64,000 bases of DNA from Longimicrobiales bacterium (GTDB lineage Bacteria; Gemmatimonadota; Gemmatimonadetes; Longimicrobiales; Gaopeijiaceae). The DNA lies in the NCBI GenBank assembly GCA_963664435.2, contig CAXXKM010000002.1, positions 320,001 through 384,000 of the forward strand, given 5' to 3'. The translations under genes were made by a program, and so were the position numbers. This document shows positions 9,301 through 20,391 of the stretch, piece after piece; the first letter of the stretch is position 1; every line of letters starts with the position of its first letter. Below the pieces are notes generated by a model, which made no database searches, had not been told where the DNA came from, and saw only the letters and a program-made list of their open reading frames with translations.

Positions 9301-10419
9301 TCATTCGGGCGGGGCAGTGTCGTCGTCGACGCGCTGCATCAGCCCGGCACGGATCGCCGCGGTCAGGAAGCTCTCCGGATCCACGATCGGGATCTCCAGG
9401 CCGAACTGCTCCCGCCAGCGCTCGGAGAGCCGCCGCATGTAGTGGGAAACGGTCTCGTGCGAGAATCCCGCGTCGTCGCGCATCTGGCGCACGATCTCGT
9501 GCCAGGTTCCCCGGAAGGGCCGGCCGTCGCGGTTGCGGACTTGGTGCGCTTCGCGATCCCCGGGCGACGGGCCTTCGAACAGTTCCAGCTGCTGGTGGTC
9601 CGTCGCGGATTCGGCGATGCCCGAAGCCTGCGCCTCCACTTCGGCCAGCAGACGGTCGAGCGGATCCGACAGGTTCTCCAGTTCCCGCAGCCGGGTCTGC
9701 CAGGGTTCCATGCGCGCATCGCCCACCGGGATGCCCCTCAGCGACGCGTTCAGTTCGATCACCCGCCACACCGCCCGAGGGTCCCAGTGCTCGGAGGGAG
9801 GAACCTGCTCGAACTCGCGCATCGCCCCTTCGCGGTCGGCGCGGTCGTACAGAATATGACCCAGGAAGATGCGGGCCTCATGCAGTTCCGGGGCAAGCCT
9901 TAGCGCGCGCCGGATGTGGCGGGTCGCCTCGAGCTCGTTACCGGTGCGCTGAAGCGCGTATCCGAGCGCCGCGACCGCCTCGGCCGAGTCCGGTCTGGCA
10001 GCCACAAGTCTCGCGAAGGCGTCGCGCGCCTCCATGTACAGCCCCGCTCCGTACAGCGCCCGGCCCATCGTCAGCATGAGGTCGACGTCGGTGTCGTAGC
10101 CGAGGGCCTCCACCTTTCTGAAGAGCCCGAGCGCGCTCTCGCTTTTCCCGAACCAGAGGAGCAGCTCTCCCATTCCGACCAGGGCGTCCTCGTGATCGGG
10201 ATCCAGCATCAGGGCCTGCTGGAAGCTCTCGCGGGCCCATGCATATTCCTCGCGCGCGAGCCGCGCGTATCCCATGCCGACGTACAGTTCCACGGCATTG
10301 GGATATAACGAAAGGCCCTCTTTCAACATCTCGAGGGCCCCTTCGTAGTCGCCTTCATCATACAGCTTGTATGCTTCTTCATCGTATTCTTCAGAGCTCA
10401 GGAACCGCTCTTGCATCAT
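9301..10419 (-). CDS. Tetratricopeptide repeat protein
   Basis: Several TPR-like repeats (A..LDPDHEDALVGMG, A..LAPELHEARIFLG); GGAGG SD upstream. Confidence 0.85.
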   Translation of the reverse strand: MMQERFLSSEEYDEEAYKLYDEGDYEGALEMLKEGLSLYPNAVELYVGMGYARLAREEYAWARESFQQALMLDPDHEDALVGMGELLLWFGKSESALGLFRKVEALGYDTDVDLMLTMGRALYGAGLYMEARDAFARLVAARPDSAEAVAALGYALQRTGNELEATRHIRRALRLAPELHEARIFLGHILYDRADREGAMREFEQVPPSEHWDPRAVWRVIELNASLRGIPVGDARMEPWQTRLRELENLSDPLDRLLAEVEAQASGIAESATDHQQLELFEGPSPGDREAHQVRNRDGRPFRGTWHEIVRQMRDDAGFSHETVSHYMRRLSERWREQFGLEIPIVDPESFLTAAIRAGLMQRVDDDTAPPE

Positions 10420-10653
10420 CCGCATCCTCCCGTTGGAGATGTGGGGCGCTACCCGGTTGCCCGCAGGATGGCCGATCTGGACGCCTGACGTCTCGCGCGC
10501 GCGAGCGTATCCAAATCTAACCTGGCACCCATACGGCAACCAGACGCCGGGGTGTCCGGCCGGAATTGCGCGCGGCATGGTTGTGCGGGTTGGACGAGAA
10601 GCCGGCACAGATTTGCGCCGGTGCGTCGGGCTGCGGTATTCTCGGGCGCCCGA

Positions 10654-10941
10654 CTACTCCTGGCCGGCGGGAGCGGCGGAGTTGCCGGCAGTGCCTATGG
10701 TGGCGGCGCCGCGGGCGATGGCGGGCTGGCAGAAGCGCATGCCGACGGCATGCAGAAAGCGTAGCTCGTGTGCCGCGAGAGTCGGATAGCGTTCACCGAG
10801 GTAATCGATGGTATCGTTCATCCACTCGCTCTGGTCCGCCTCGCTGGCATCGACCACGCCACATCGGTTGATGTGACTGAAAAGTTCATCCCTGGCTCGA
10901 TCCAGGAGCTTCGAATCCGACAATTTCACCTCCATAGCCAT
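10654..10941 (-). CDS. Small hypothetical protein
   Basis: Protein-like helical sequence LDRARDELFSHINRCGV...WMNDTIDYLGERYP. Confidence 0.7.
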   Translation of the reverse strand: MAMEVKLSDSKLLDRARDELFSHINRCGVVDASEADQSEWMNDTIDYLGERYPTLAAHELRFLHAVGMRFCQPAIARGAATIGTAGNSAAPAGQE

Positions 10942-10999
10942 GCTTGACGACATCGCCGGCGACTCGGAATCCGGCGGAAAATCCCAGCAAGGTTACGCC

Positions 11000-12652
11000 T
11001 TGACCCCGAACGGTGCAAATCCGGGCGGCATCTCCGGCGTGCGCCCGGATGCAGTGACGCTCGAGATCTTCCGGCAACTGTTCGCCGCTCTTACGGAGGA
11101 GATGGGGGCCGCGCTGCGGCGTTCCTCCTTCTCTCCAAACATCAAGGAGCGGCGCGACTACTCGTGCGCGCTCTTCACGCCGGACGGCGTCGCGGTCGCG
11201 CTCGGGGACCACATGCCGGTGCATCTCGGAGCCATGCCGATGAGCGTGGAGGCGGCCCTTGCGGAGCTGGGCACCCTCGACGAGGGCGACATCGCCTGCC
11301 TGAACGATCCCTTCCGGGGAGGGACCCACCTCCCCGACATCACCCTCATCGCGCCGGTGTATTCCGGGCCCGGCGGCGTGCTGCTCGGCTACGTGGCCTC
11401 GCGGGCCCACCACTCCGACGTGGGAGGGATGACTCCGGGGTCGATGCCGCTGGCCCGCGAGATCTACCAGGAGGGGCTGCGCATCCCTCCCGTGCGACTC
11501 TTCGTGCGCGGGAAACGGCGGCGGGGCCTGTGGGACACCATCCTGGCCAACGTGCGCACCCCGGTGGAGCGCGCGGGCGACCTCCAGGCGCAGATCGCGG
11601 CGCTCTACACCGGACAGGTGCGGCTGCTCGACCTGGTGGAGAGGCGGGGGAACGGCGCGGTGCTGGGCGCGATGTACGAGCTCGTCGCCTACGCCGACCG
11701 ACTCCTCCTCACCGGCATTCGGCGCATGCCCGCGGGGCGCTTCGAAGCGGAGGACTTCATGGACGACGACGGGTTCGGACACGGACCCGTGCCCATCCGG
11801 GTGGCGCTCGAGGTGTCGCGCGACGGGCTGGTGATCGACTTCGCGGGCACCTCGCCCCAGACCGAGGGCGGGATCAACGCGGTGGCGGCCATCACCTCGT
11901 CCGCGGTGCGCTACGTGGTGCGCTGCGTGGTGGAGGGGCTGCTGGGCGAGGAGCTGCCCGCGGGAGGCGGGTCAATGACCTGCGTGGAGCAGCGCCTTCC
12001 CCCGGGCTCGCTGGTCAACGCCCGCCTGCCGGCAAGCGTCGCCGCGGGCAACGTGGAGGCCAGCCAGCGGATCACGGATACGCTGCTGCGCGCCTTCGGC
12101 GAGGCGCTGCCGGATCTCGTGCCCGCGCTCAGCCAGGGAACCATGAACAACACCACCATGGGTGGGATCGATCTTCACGGCGAGAGCTTCGCATACTACG
12201 AGACGGTGGGGGGCGGGATGGGGGCCGGTCCCGGACGTCCCGGGCTCTCGGGGGTTCACTGCCACATGTCGAACTCGCTCAACACGCCCGTCGAGGCGCT
12301 GGAGCACGCCTATCCCTTCCGGGTGACGCGCTATTCGCTCCGCCACGGCAGCGGTGGGCGGGGGCGGTACCCGGGGGGAGACGGGCTGCGCCGGGACATC
12401 ATGATGCTGGTGGACGGGGGTTCGACGCTCCTGTGCGAACGGCGCACGCGCGGTCCGGCCGGCGCGCGCGGCGGGGAGGACGGGGCGCCCGGGGTGAACA
12501 CTCTGGTTTCCGGCGGCAAGGAGCGGATCCTGCCGGGCAAGGCGTCCTTCGAGGTGCAGGCGGGGGATATCATCAGCATCCAGTCGCCCGGGGGCGGTGG
12601 CTGGGGATCTCGCGGCGACCCCGCGGATCGCTCGGCTGGCGCCGGAGCGTAG
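11000..12652 (+). CDS. Hydantoinase B/oxoprolinase family protein
   Basis: EEMGAALRRSSFSPNIKERRDYSCALF, NDPFRGGTHLPD, HHSDVGG, PGGGGWG; start approximate. Confidence 0.93.
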   Translation: MTPNGANPGGISGVRPDAVTLEIFRQLFAALTEEMGAALRRSSFSPNIKERRDYSCALFTPDGVAVALGDHMPVHLGAMPMSVEAALAELGTLDEGDIACLNDPFRGGTHLPDITLIAPVYSGPGGVLLGYVASRAHHSDVGGMTPGSMPLAREIYQEGLRIPPVRLFVRGKRRRGLWDTILANVRTPVERAGDLQAQIAALYTGQVRLLDLVERRGNGAVLGAMYELVAYADRLLLTGIRRMPAGRFEAEDFMDDDGFGHGPVPIRVALEVSRDGLVIDFAGTSPQTEGGINAVAAITSSAVRYVVRCVVEGLLGEELPAGGGSMTCVEQRLPPGSLVNARLPASVAAGNVEASQRITDTLLRAFGEALPDLVPALSQGTMNNTTMGGIDLHGESFAYYETVGGGMGAGPGRPGLSGVHCHMSNSLNTPVEALEHAYPFRVTRYSLRHGSGGRGRYPGGDGLRRDIMMLVDGGSTLLCERRTRGPAGARGGEDGAPGVNTLVSGGKERILPGKASFEVQAGDIISIQSPGGGGWGSRGDPADRSAGAGA

Positions 12653-12657
12653 TGGGG

Positions 12658-13077
12658 ATGGAGCTCTATCTTTCGCTGGCGTGCGACTCGGCGCGGCAGG
12701 CATCTTCCGGCACCCGGATCGACGTCCAGGGCGCCTTCAACGACCTGTTCGCGCCCGGGTTCCCCGCCGTCCAGAGCCACATGGTGATCGTGGCGGGCAT
12801 CGAATGGGATCGAAGCGACGACGGCAGCTATCGCTTTCGCGTTGATCTGCTCGATCCTTCGGGCAAGCCGTGCCTGACGGTGGAGGGCGAGACCCAGGTC
12901 GACCCGCGCGCCCCCGATCGACCGCCTGCCCGCACCTGCCTGATCATGCCCGTGGAGAACGTGGTGTTTCCGGTTCCCGGGAGATACCGATTCAGCGTCC
13001 GCGCAAAGGGACGTGTCTTAAAAGGGTCGGCGCTTCACCTCTTTCGCGACCCCGACGCCGCTCCGCCGGCGGGCTAG
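12658..13077 (+). CDS. DUF6941-like beta-sandwich protein
   Basis: LACDSA...IDVQGAFNDLFAPGFP...VVFPVPGRYRFSV; the true gene is the 3' part of track ORF 11164..13077. Confidence 0.7.
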   Translation: MELYLSLACDSARQASSGTRIDVQGAFNDLFAPGFPAVQSHMVIVAGIEWDRSDDGSYRFRVDLLDPSGKPCLTVEGETQVDPRAPDRPPARTCLIMPVENVVFPVPGRYRFSVRAKGRVLKGSALHLFRDPDAAPPAG

Positions 13078-13161
13078 TGGTCCGGCGACGAAATCCGCGG
13101 TGAGCATCGCCCGGCGGGCGGGCGCGAGGACGCCGGCGGACCGGGCGAGAAAGAGGATGCC

Positions 13162-15039
13162 ATGAGCCTGTCCGAGCGTCGATTCGCCTTCGCCGACCTG
13201 ATCGCCGAGTTGCGGCGCAGGCACGTCGTGCGCTTCGCCATCGGGTATTGTGCGGTCGCCTTCGTTCTCCTGCAGCTTGGGGAAATCGTCCTCCCGGCGT
13301 TCGGCATGGGCGAGTGGGGATTGCGCGTCCTCGTGATCGTGGTCGTGCTCGGCTTCCCGCCCGGGGTCGCGCTGGCCTGGGTCTACGAGCGCACCAGGGA
13401 GGGGATCCGGCGGACCCCCGACAGCCCGGCACAGGGCGTGCTCCCGCGCGTCGCATTTTTCGTGCTCACCATAGGGATTGCCGGCGGACTGGCGGGCTGG
13501 CTCTCGTCGCGTGGCGCCTTCACGCCCGGGAGCCGTCAGGAGGCGATCGCGCTGGAGGCCTACGATCCCGGCGATCCGATCACGTCGATCGCCGTGCTTC
13601 CCCTGGAGGACTTCTCCCGGGACGCGAGCGAGGCCTACTTCGTGGCGGGTCTGCAGGAGGAACTGACCTCGAGCCTGAGCCGGCTCGAATGGCTTCGCGT
13701 GGCGTCCCGGACCTCCACGATGCAGTACCAGGGCACGACCAGCTCCGCGCCGGTGATCGGCCGCGAACTCGGCGTCGACGCGCTGGTCGAGGGATCGGTG
13801 ACCCGCGCCGGGGACCAGGTGCGCATCACCCTCCAGCTCATCCACGCCGCGAGCGACTCGCACATTCAGACCTTCCGCTTCGACCGCGAAATGACCGACG
13901 TGCTCGCGCTCCAGAGCGAGGTGGCGATGGCGGTGGCATCGGAAATCCCGGGGATGCTCGAACGGCCGCAGGAGGTTGCGCTGGTCGCGGCCGGCGGCCC
14001 GAGCGTCGATCCGGCGGCACAGGAGGCCTACCTGAGGGGACGGTACCAGTTCAGGCTGGATACGCCCGAGGGATACCGCCGGGCCGTCGAGTACTTCCAG
14101 GAGGCCCTGCGCAGCGACTCGGGCTTTGCCCGGGCCCTCGCGGGTCTGGCCGGAGCGCGCTTCCTCGCCGACATCGAAGACGGCTTCCTGGACGCGGGAG
14201 AGGTGGGTCGGGCGAGCGAGGAAGCCACCCGCGCCCTGGCACTCGATCCGGGGTCTGACGAAGCCCGGGAGGTGGTCGAGTTCTTCGAGCGCAACCTCCC
14301 GGTTGGAGCACCCGCGGAGGGATTCGCGATTCCGGCCCCTGCCGAACCCGGAGCCGGCACTCGCGGAGTATCGCTCGCCGAGCTGGACACCGCCTGGGTC
14401 ATGGCCACAACGGGGATCGGCCGCGGCCTGGAGGATGCCGTGAGCCGCCGCATCCTGCAGTCGGCCCGCACTGACGCCGGGCGCCAGGTATTCGTGGCGC
14501 GCCGCCTGGCGGGGGACGGGCGTATCGATTCGGCCATCGAGGTGCTGGAGACGTTGCTGATCGACCATCCCAACGCCAGCCCGGCGTGGGAGACGCTGGC
14601 GCGCATGCACGCATCCGCGGGAGACGTCGCCGAGGCGGTAGCAACCATGCGCCGCTGGAACGCCTACGGGTGGCCGGATGCTCCTGACGCGGAGGCTGTC
14701 GACGAGCTCGAGCAGACGGTCGCGGCCGGTGGTACGACCGGGTACTGGTCCTGGCAGCTCGACCGGCTGAACACCATCCGGGCGGAGGGGCGGCGGGTTG
14801 CTCCCACCTCTATCGCCGAGGCGAGCCTCTGGTCCGGTGACGGTGAAGGCGCCCTCGATCAGCTCCGGGAGGCGCTCGAGACATCAGACCCCCGGCTCAT
14901 GATGTTGCGCACCGATCCCGCCTGGGACGCACTCCGAGGCGACCCGGCGTTCGGCGAGATCGTTCGGGAGGCGCGGGCTCGCTTCGCGCGGCCGGAGCGG
15001 GCGCGGGGCGGACGGGAACCGCGGCCGGATCCGCGATAG
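13162..15039 (+). CDS. Membrane-anchored TolB-N-like/TPR protein
   Basis: N-terminal ELRRRHVVR plus 3 TMs; SIAVLPLEDFS...YFVAGLQEEL...VASRTS...EGSV domain; TPRs; ends DPAWDALRGDPAF. Confidence 0.85.
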   Translation: MSLSERRFAFADLIAELRRRHVVRFAIGYCAVAFVLLQLGEIVLPAFGMGEWGLRVLVIVVVLGFPPGVALAWVYERTREGIRRTPDSPAQGVLPRVAFFVLTIGIAGGLAGWLSSRGAFTPGSRQEAIALEAYDPGDPITSIAVLPLEDFSRDASEAYFVAGLQEELTSSLSRLEWLRVASRTSTMQYQGTTSSAPVIGRELGVDALVEGSVTRAGDQVRITLQLIHAASDSHIQTFRFDREMTDVLALQSEVAMAVASEIPGMLERPQEVALVAAGGPSVDPAAQEAYLRGRYQFRLDTPEGYRRAVEYFQEALRSDSGFARALAGLAGARFLADIEDGFLDAGEVGRASEEATRALALDPGSDEAREVVEFFERNLPVGAPAEGFAIPAPAEPGAGTRGVSLAELDTAWVMATTGIGRGLEDAVSRRILQSARTDAGRQVFVARRLAGDGRIDSAIEVLETLLIDHPNASPAWETLARMHASAGDVAEAVATMRRWNAYGWPDAPDAEAVDELEQTVAAGGTTGYWSWQLDRLNTIRAEGRRVAPTSIAEASLWSGDGEGALDQLREALETSDPRLMMLRTDPAWDALRGDPAFGEIVREARARFARPERARGGREPRPDPR

Positions 15040-15154
15040 CGCAGGTCTTCAACCCCGTTGCTTGCCCGGGATTCGGGGAAGGGTTTCATTCGGCGGGGCG
15101 GCCGGGGGCTGGCGCCGGCCGGCGCACACGCACGAATCACACATGGAGCAGGCG

Positions 15155-16042
15155 ATGTCCGCGATCCCGTCGCGGCCTCTGGACTTCGGCGAAGTTCTCG
15201 ATCTCGGCTTCGGACTCTTCCGGCGCGATTATCGGCTCTACATGCCGCTCGCGCTGGTGGGTCTCGTGCCGACCATGGTGGCGACCGTGCTCCCGACCGC
15301 GTCCGCGATCGATCCGGAGGCCATCGCGGCCGACCCCGGCGCGATGCTGCCGTTCTTCGGGCTCGTGGCCGTCGGCATGGTGTTCTCGCTCCTCACCTGG
15401 GCGGCACTCGCGACGGCCATGGACGATCGGATGGGCGATCGGCCGGCCTCGATCGGGACCAGCTACACGCGGGCCATCACCGCCCTTCCCCGGCTGGTGG
15501 CCGCCGGCGTTCTCGCCGTGATGCTGCTGGCGGCGGCGATCTTCGCCCTGACCTTCCCCATGATGGCGCTCGTAGCCTTCGCCGCGCGCGCCGCTTCTCT
15601 CGCAGGCGCCCTCATCACGTCGCTCGTGGTCTTCGCGATGGCTGCGGTGGCCGTGGGATGGTGGGCGACGCACATCTTCATGCTCGTGCCCGCGACCGTG
15701 GTCGAAGGGCGCGGGCCTTTCGGGAGCCTGCGGCGGTCCTTCGGGCTGGTGCGTGGCAACCGGTTGCGGGCTTTATTCGTCGTGGTGGTCACCTGGTTCG
15801 TCACCGTCCTGCCCGGGCTGGCCGCGTACTCGCTGGCGGGGTCTGCCGGGGCCCTTTTCGCGTCGAATCCTGCCGAGACCATAGGCCTGGTTCGCTACTG
15901 GGCGATCCAGATCGTCGCGCTGGGCTTTCAGTCCGTGACCACTCCTCTGTGGATGGCGTGCGCCATGGTGCTCTTCGCGGACCTGAAGGCGCGGAGCGAA
16001 GGCACGGACCTCGAGGCCGCCGCCCGGGCCCTGGCGGGCTGA
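15155..16042 (+). CDS. Integral membrane protein of the MoxR-associated cluster
   Basis: RPLDFGEVLDLGF N-terminus, multiple TMs, SLRRSFGLVRG, DLKARSEGTDL C-terminus. Confidence 0.8.
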   Translation: MSAIPSRPLDFGEVLDLGFGLFRRDYRLYMPLALVGLVPTMVATVLPTASAIDPEAIAADPGAMLPFFGLVAVGMVFSLLTWAALATAMDDRMGDRPASIGTSYTRAITALPRLVAAGVLAVMLLAAAIFALTFPMMALVAFAARAASLAGALITSLVVFAMAAVAVGWWATHIFMLVPATVVEGRGPFGSLRRSFGLVRGNRLRALFVVVVTWFVTVLPGLAAYSLAGSAGALFASNPAETIGLVRYWAIQIVALGFQSVTTPLWMACAMVLFADLKARSEGTDLEAAARALAG

Positions 16043-16684
16043 GTGTTGCAGGAAGAACTGCCTTCGGCCGAGGAAGTGTCCCAGGCGCTTGCGGCCATCC
16101 TGAGCGGATCGGACTTCGAGGCGTTCGAGGGCGGATTGATGCGTCGGGTGCTCACCGACCTGTGGAGGCGGTTCCGGGACTGGATCAGCGGCATCTTCCC
16201 GGAGATTCCAGAAGCGCAGGGCGAGCTGCTGACGATGATCATCGTGGCCCTCGGGCTCGGCGCGGTCGCAGTCGCCGTGGTGCGTGCGCTGCCGGAAGGG
16301 GATCCGCGATCGGCGCGACGTGATCCGGACGCGGTGCCCGACGAGCGTCGCACGGCTCGGGACTGGCTTCGCATCGCCGGCCAGCAGGCACGCGCGGCGG
16401 CATACCGGCAAGCCGCCACGGCGCTGTATCAGGGGTTCGTCCTCACGCTCGAACGCAGGGGCGCGGTGGAGTACCATCCCTCCAAGACCCCCGGGGAGTA
16501 TGCGCTGGAAGCGGCCGGAGCCCCGGGATTGGACGACCCGGAGAAAGCCGGCAGCGCCGACTTCATCCGCTCCTTTCAGGAACTCGCCTTCGGCCAGGAC
16601 ACCCCCACGCTCTCCGGCTACGACAGTCTGGAGCGGCTGGCCGGGCGGGCCGGATGCGAAGCGACCCGGGACGCCGGGAGGTGA
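16043..16684 (+). CDS. DUF4129 domain protein
   Basis: One TM, then YRQAATALY...SKTPGEY...FQELAFG. Confidence 0.78.
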   Translation: MLQEELPSAEEVSQALAAILSGSDFEAFEGGLMRRVLTDLWRRFRDWISGIFPEIPEAQGELLTMIIVALGLGAVAVAVVRALPEGDPRSARRDPDAVPDERRTARDWLRIAGQQARAAAYRQAATALYQGFVLTLERRGAVEYHPSKTPGEYALEAAGAPGLDDPEKAGSADFIRSFQELAFGQDTPTLSGYDSLERLAGRAGCEATRDAGR

Positions 16685-18045
16685 CTCGGGGACGGGCCCG
16701 TCCGCGGGCCGAGACCGCTGCGGGCGGCGGGCGCCTGCCGCGAAACTCGCCCTCGCGCGCGGCGGGATGGGGCGTGCTGGCCGGGATCGCAGTCGTCACG
16801 CTGCTCCTCGCGCTGACGGCGTTCGCGCTGCGCCCCTCGGGCTCCGCCGCCGGCGACAGCCGCCGCAGCGCGCTGCGCACCACCCCCGACGGGGTCGCGG
16901 GGCTGTATCGCGCGATTGCGCGCCTGGGACCTCCCACTGCGATCCGGGTAACGCCGCTCGTCGACGCCGAGCCCCTGCGCGGGACCCTGGTGATGCTTCA
17001 ACCGGTGCGGCGTCCAAGTCCGCGCGAGGTCCACGAGCTGCTGGAGTGGGTGCGGGGCGGGGGCACCCTGATCCACGCCCCGCGCGGCGCGTCGCCCATC
17101 CTGGACTCGCTCGGGCTGGTGCGCCGCACGTTCCCTGAAAGCGTCGACTCCGCGGAAGCACCGGCACCGGGCGCGTCGTCGGATCCGGAGCTCGACGATG
17201 GTTCCCTCTGGAGCGGGGATCACCCTCTCACCGAAGGACTGCCGACGGCCCGCGCGGCGCGTTACGCGATCGCGCCCGACACGGCCTCGGGAGCGACCGA
17301 CGAACAGGACGAGGCGGACGAGGACGAAGAAGAGGACAGACCGGACGAGGACGAGGAGCCGGGGCCGCCTCCGGTGCCCCACCATCCCCTGCTCCTGTCC
17401 GCCCCCGACTCGGCCGGACATCGCTGGGCGGTCGCCGTCTCGATTCCGCTGCGCGAGGGGCGCATCATCAGCTTCGCCGACGCCGCACCGCTCTCCAACC
17501 GCTTCGCCGGCGAGGCGCCTCTGGCCGTGTTGGCGGTCCGCGCCGCCATCGCCGGGACGAGCCCCGGGGATTCCGTCTTCTTCGACGAGTTCAGCCAGGG
17601 ACTGGGGGCATCGCGCTCCCCCGCGCGCGCCACCGTGGACTTCCTGATCGGTACGCCCGTCGGCCGGGCCTCGCTTCACCTGGGCGTGGTCGTCCTCCTC
17701 GCGTTCCTCTGCGCCGGGCTGCGCTTCGGGGCGCCACTGGCTCCGGCCGGCGGACCGCGACGATCCGCGCTTGAGCACGTGACGGCTCTCGCGGCCGTAT
17801 ACGAGAGTGCGCAGGCCCGCGAGACGGCGGCCGTCCTGATGCTCGGGCGACTTGCCCGCGCCTCGCATCTCCCGCCTCCTCATGACCTCGCGGAGGCCGA
17901 GCGGCTCCTGGGGCGACTGGAGAAGCGAACCGGGCGGCGCCGGGCTCTGCGGCTCATCCGCCGGGGCCTCGCGGCCAGTCCCGTGGACCTGGTTCAGGTC
18001 GCCCGGGGCATCGACAACCACACCCAAAGGAGACACTCCGCATGA
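16681..18045 (+). CDS. DUF4350 domain protein
   Basis: [43 protein letters not shown]; contains an acidic low-complexity insert. Confidence 0.8.
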   Translation: MTRGRARPRAETAAGGGRLPRNSPSRAAGWGVLAGIAVVTLLLALTAFALRPSGSAAGDSRRSALRTTPDGVAGLYRAIARLGPPTAIRVTPLVDAEPLRGTLVMLQPVRRPSPREVHELLEWVRGGGTLIHAPRGASPILDSLGLVRRTFPESVDSAEAPAPGASSDPELDDGSLWSGDHPLTEGLPTARAARYAIAPDTASGATDEQDEADEDEEEDRPDEDEEPGPPPVPHHPLLLSAPDSAGHRWAVAVSIPLREGRIISFADAAPLSNRFAGEAPLAVLAVRAAIAGTSPGDSVFFDEFSQGLGASRSPARATVDFLIGTPVGRASLHLGVVVLLAFLCAGLRFGAPLAPAGGPRRSALEHVTALAAVYESAQARETAAVLMLGRLARASHLPPPHDLAEAERLLGRLEKRTGRRRALRLIRRGLAASPVDLVQVARGIDNHTQRRHSA

Positions 18046-18989
18046 ATTCGCCGGATCCGGCGCTTCGCCTGCTCGCCGCCCTCGACCAGATCGTGCTCGG
18101 CCAGGCCACCATGCTCAGGCAGATGATGATCACCCTCCTCGCCCGCGGACACGCTCTCGTCGAAGGCGTCCCCGGAACGGCGAAGACGCTGGCGGTGCGG
18201 GCGCTCGCCCGGGGGCTGAGCCTGGACTTCGGCCGGGTGCAGTTCACCCCGGACCTTATGCCCACCGACCTCACAGGGGTGAACGTCCTCGATGATTCCG
18301 GACGCGACTTCACCTACCGGCCGGGGCCCGTCTTCGCCGATCTCCTGCTGGCCGACGAGATCAACCGGGCGCCCGCCAAGACCCAGGCCGCGCTGCTCGA
18401 GTCGATGGAGGAGCGGCAGGTCACGGTGGACGGCGTAACCCGTCCGCTTCCGAACGCCTTCACCGTGTTCGCCACCCAGAACCCGGTCGAGTACGAGGGC
18501 ACCTACCCGCTCCCGGAAGCGCAGGTGGACCGCTTTCTGATGAAGATCTCGGTGGATTATCCCTCCGAGGAGGCCGAACGGCGCATCCTCGACCGCCACG
18601 ATGCCGGCTTCCGCGCGGACGACGAGGGTACCTATCCGCTGGGCGAGCCGGTGTCCCGGGAGGAGCTGCTGGCGATGCGCGACACCGTCAACCGCATGCA
18701 CGTGGACGAGCGCATCCGCCGCTACATCACCGACATCGTGCGCGCGACGCGCGAGGAATCGGTCTTCGCGCTGGGGGCGAGCCCGCGCGCCGGGGTGGCC
18801 CTGTTGCAGGCGGCCAAGGCCGAGGCCTGGCTCAGCGGACGGGACTTCGCCATCCCCGACGACGTGAAGGCGCTCTCCTTCCCGATCCTCCGCCACCGGG
18901 TGGTCCTCACTCCCGAAGCGGAGGTGGAGGGTCGGTCCTCCGACGACGAAGTGGCCGCGTTGCTCGAAACCCTGAACGCGCCCCGATAG
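18042..18989 (+). CDS. moxR: MoxR family AAA+ ATPase
   Basis: [62 protein letters not shown]. Confidence 0.96.
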   Translation: MNSPDPALRLLAALDQIVLGQATMLRQMMITLLARGHALVEGVPGTAKTLAVRALARGLSLDFGRVQFTPDLMPTDLTGVNVLDDSGRDFTYRPGPVFADLLLADEINRAPAKTQAALLESMEERQVTVDGVTRPLPNAFTVFATQNPVEYEGTYPLPEAQVDRFLMKISVDYPSEEAERRILDRHDAGFRADDEGTYPLGEPVSREELLAMRDTVNRMHVDERIRRYITDIVRATREESVFALGASPRAGVALLQAAKAEAWLSGRDFAIPDDVKALSFPILRHRVVLTPEAEVEGRSSDDEVAALLETLNAPR

Positions 18990-18995
18990 GAGCCC

Positions 18996-20342
18996 GTGGA
19001 CCAACTCCCCCCGGCCTTCGAGAGGCAATACATCCGCGCTGTCCCGAGCCGGCGCGCCCTCTGGCTGCTCGCGTTGGCTTCGCCGCTGTTCATGGTCTCG
19101 GTTCCAGTCGCGCTCCTGGCCGATCTGGTCATCGCGGGGCTGATCCTGATGGACGCACGCCGGACACGGACTCCCGAGGTGAGCCGGCGGGCTCCCGAGG
19201 TGGCCGCGCTGGGCACCTTCGGAGAAGCGGTCGTCGAGCTCGCCAACCCTGCCCCGCGCGCCGTCCGCGTGATGCTCACCGACGACATCGATGCCAGGTT
19301 CGAGCGCCGGGACGCCCCGCGGCGCCACGAGGACTGGAACGCGGGCGTGCGGCTGACCGTGCCGCCCGGCGGGTCGGTCTCGCGGTCCTACCGGATCCGT
19401 CCGCGTGCGCGGGGCTTCCTGGAACTGGGCGACCTGCACCTGCGCGCGCTGGGCCCGCTCGGCCTGGCGTGGACGCGCGTCACCGTGCCGGCGAGCGATG
19501 TGGTGCGCGTTCAGCCTGGCATCCGTGACTTCCTGCGGGACAGAAAGCACAGCCTTCGCCGCCCGCTCCACGAGATGGGACCGCGGCGCACCCGCATGCG
19601 CGCGGAGGGCACCGAGTTCGAGAGCCTCCGAGAGTACGCCAGGGGGGACGATCCGCGCACCATCGACTGGAAGGCCTCCGCCAGGCGCCGGCACTTCGTG
19701 GTGCGCAACTACCAGGCGGAACGCGGACAGCACATCGTCCTCGCCATCGACGCGGGCCGTCACATGCGCGAGACCATCCTGGACCGCGAGCGCGCCGACA
19801 TCGCGCTGGCCGCGTCCATGCTGCTGGCCAGCCGCGCGCAGGCCTACGGCGACCGCCTCGGGGTGATGGTCTTCGACGAGCGCATCCGCCATCTGTCGGC
19901 GCCGCGGCGGGTGAACCTCTCCCGGCTCGCGGAGACGCTCACCGGGGTCCAGACGCGCCTGGTGGAGCCGAACTACCCCCTCGCCATGGCCAGGCTGAGC
20001 CGAACCTTCAGAAAGCGGTCGCTGGTGGTGCTCTTCTCCGACGTGATCGACGAGACGGTTTCGCGGGCCCTGGTGCGCTCGCTGGGCCGGGTGGCGCGCG
20101 CGCATCTGCCGCTTGCCGTGACCATCGGCAACCCGGGCCTGGAGGAAGCGGCCGGCCAGGTGGTGAGAACCGACGCCGACGCGTTCCGCCGGGCGGCCGC
20201 GGCCGAACTGGTGCAGGCGCGCGCGCTGGCGCTTCAGGCCATGCGCCGTTCCGGAATCCTCGTGGTCGACGTGCCACCCGCCCAAACGCTCGCGGCCACG
20301 CTCGACAAGTACATGGAGGTCAAGGAGCGGGGGCTGCTGTAG
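18996..20342 (+). CDS. DUF58 (vWA-like) MoxR partner
   Basis: [41 protein letters not shown]. Confidence 0.92.
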   Translation: MDQLPPAFERQYIRAVPSRRALWLLALASPLFMVSVPVALLADLVIAGLILMDARRTRTPEVSRRAPEVAALGTFGEAVVELANPAPRAVRVMLTDDIDARFERRDAPRRHEDWNAGVRLTVPPGGSVSRSYRIRPRARGFLELGDLHLRALGPLGLAWTRVTVPASDVVRVQPGIRDFLRDRKHSLRRPLHEMGPRRTRMRAEGTEFESLREYARGDDPRTIDWKASARRRHFVVRNYQAERGQHIVLAIDAGRHMRETILDRERADIALAASMLLASRAQAYGDRLGVMVFDERIRHLSAPRRVNLSRLAETLTGVQTRLVEPNYPLAMARLSRTFRKRSLVVLFSDVIDETVSRALVRSLGRVARAHLPLAVTIGNPGLEEAAGQVVRTDADAFRRAAAAELVQARALALQAMRRSGILVVDVPPAQTLAATLDKYMEVKERGLL

Positions 20343-20391
20343 AGGCTCGGGGGCGCCCCTCTCCCGGGATTCGCCGACGCCCCCGGGATCA

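Noticed and set aside
10602..10616. GGCACAGATTTGC as a sigma-54 promoter
   Set aside because: GG to GC spacing is one base short, and it does not point at a nearby same-strand start.
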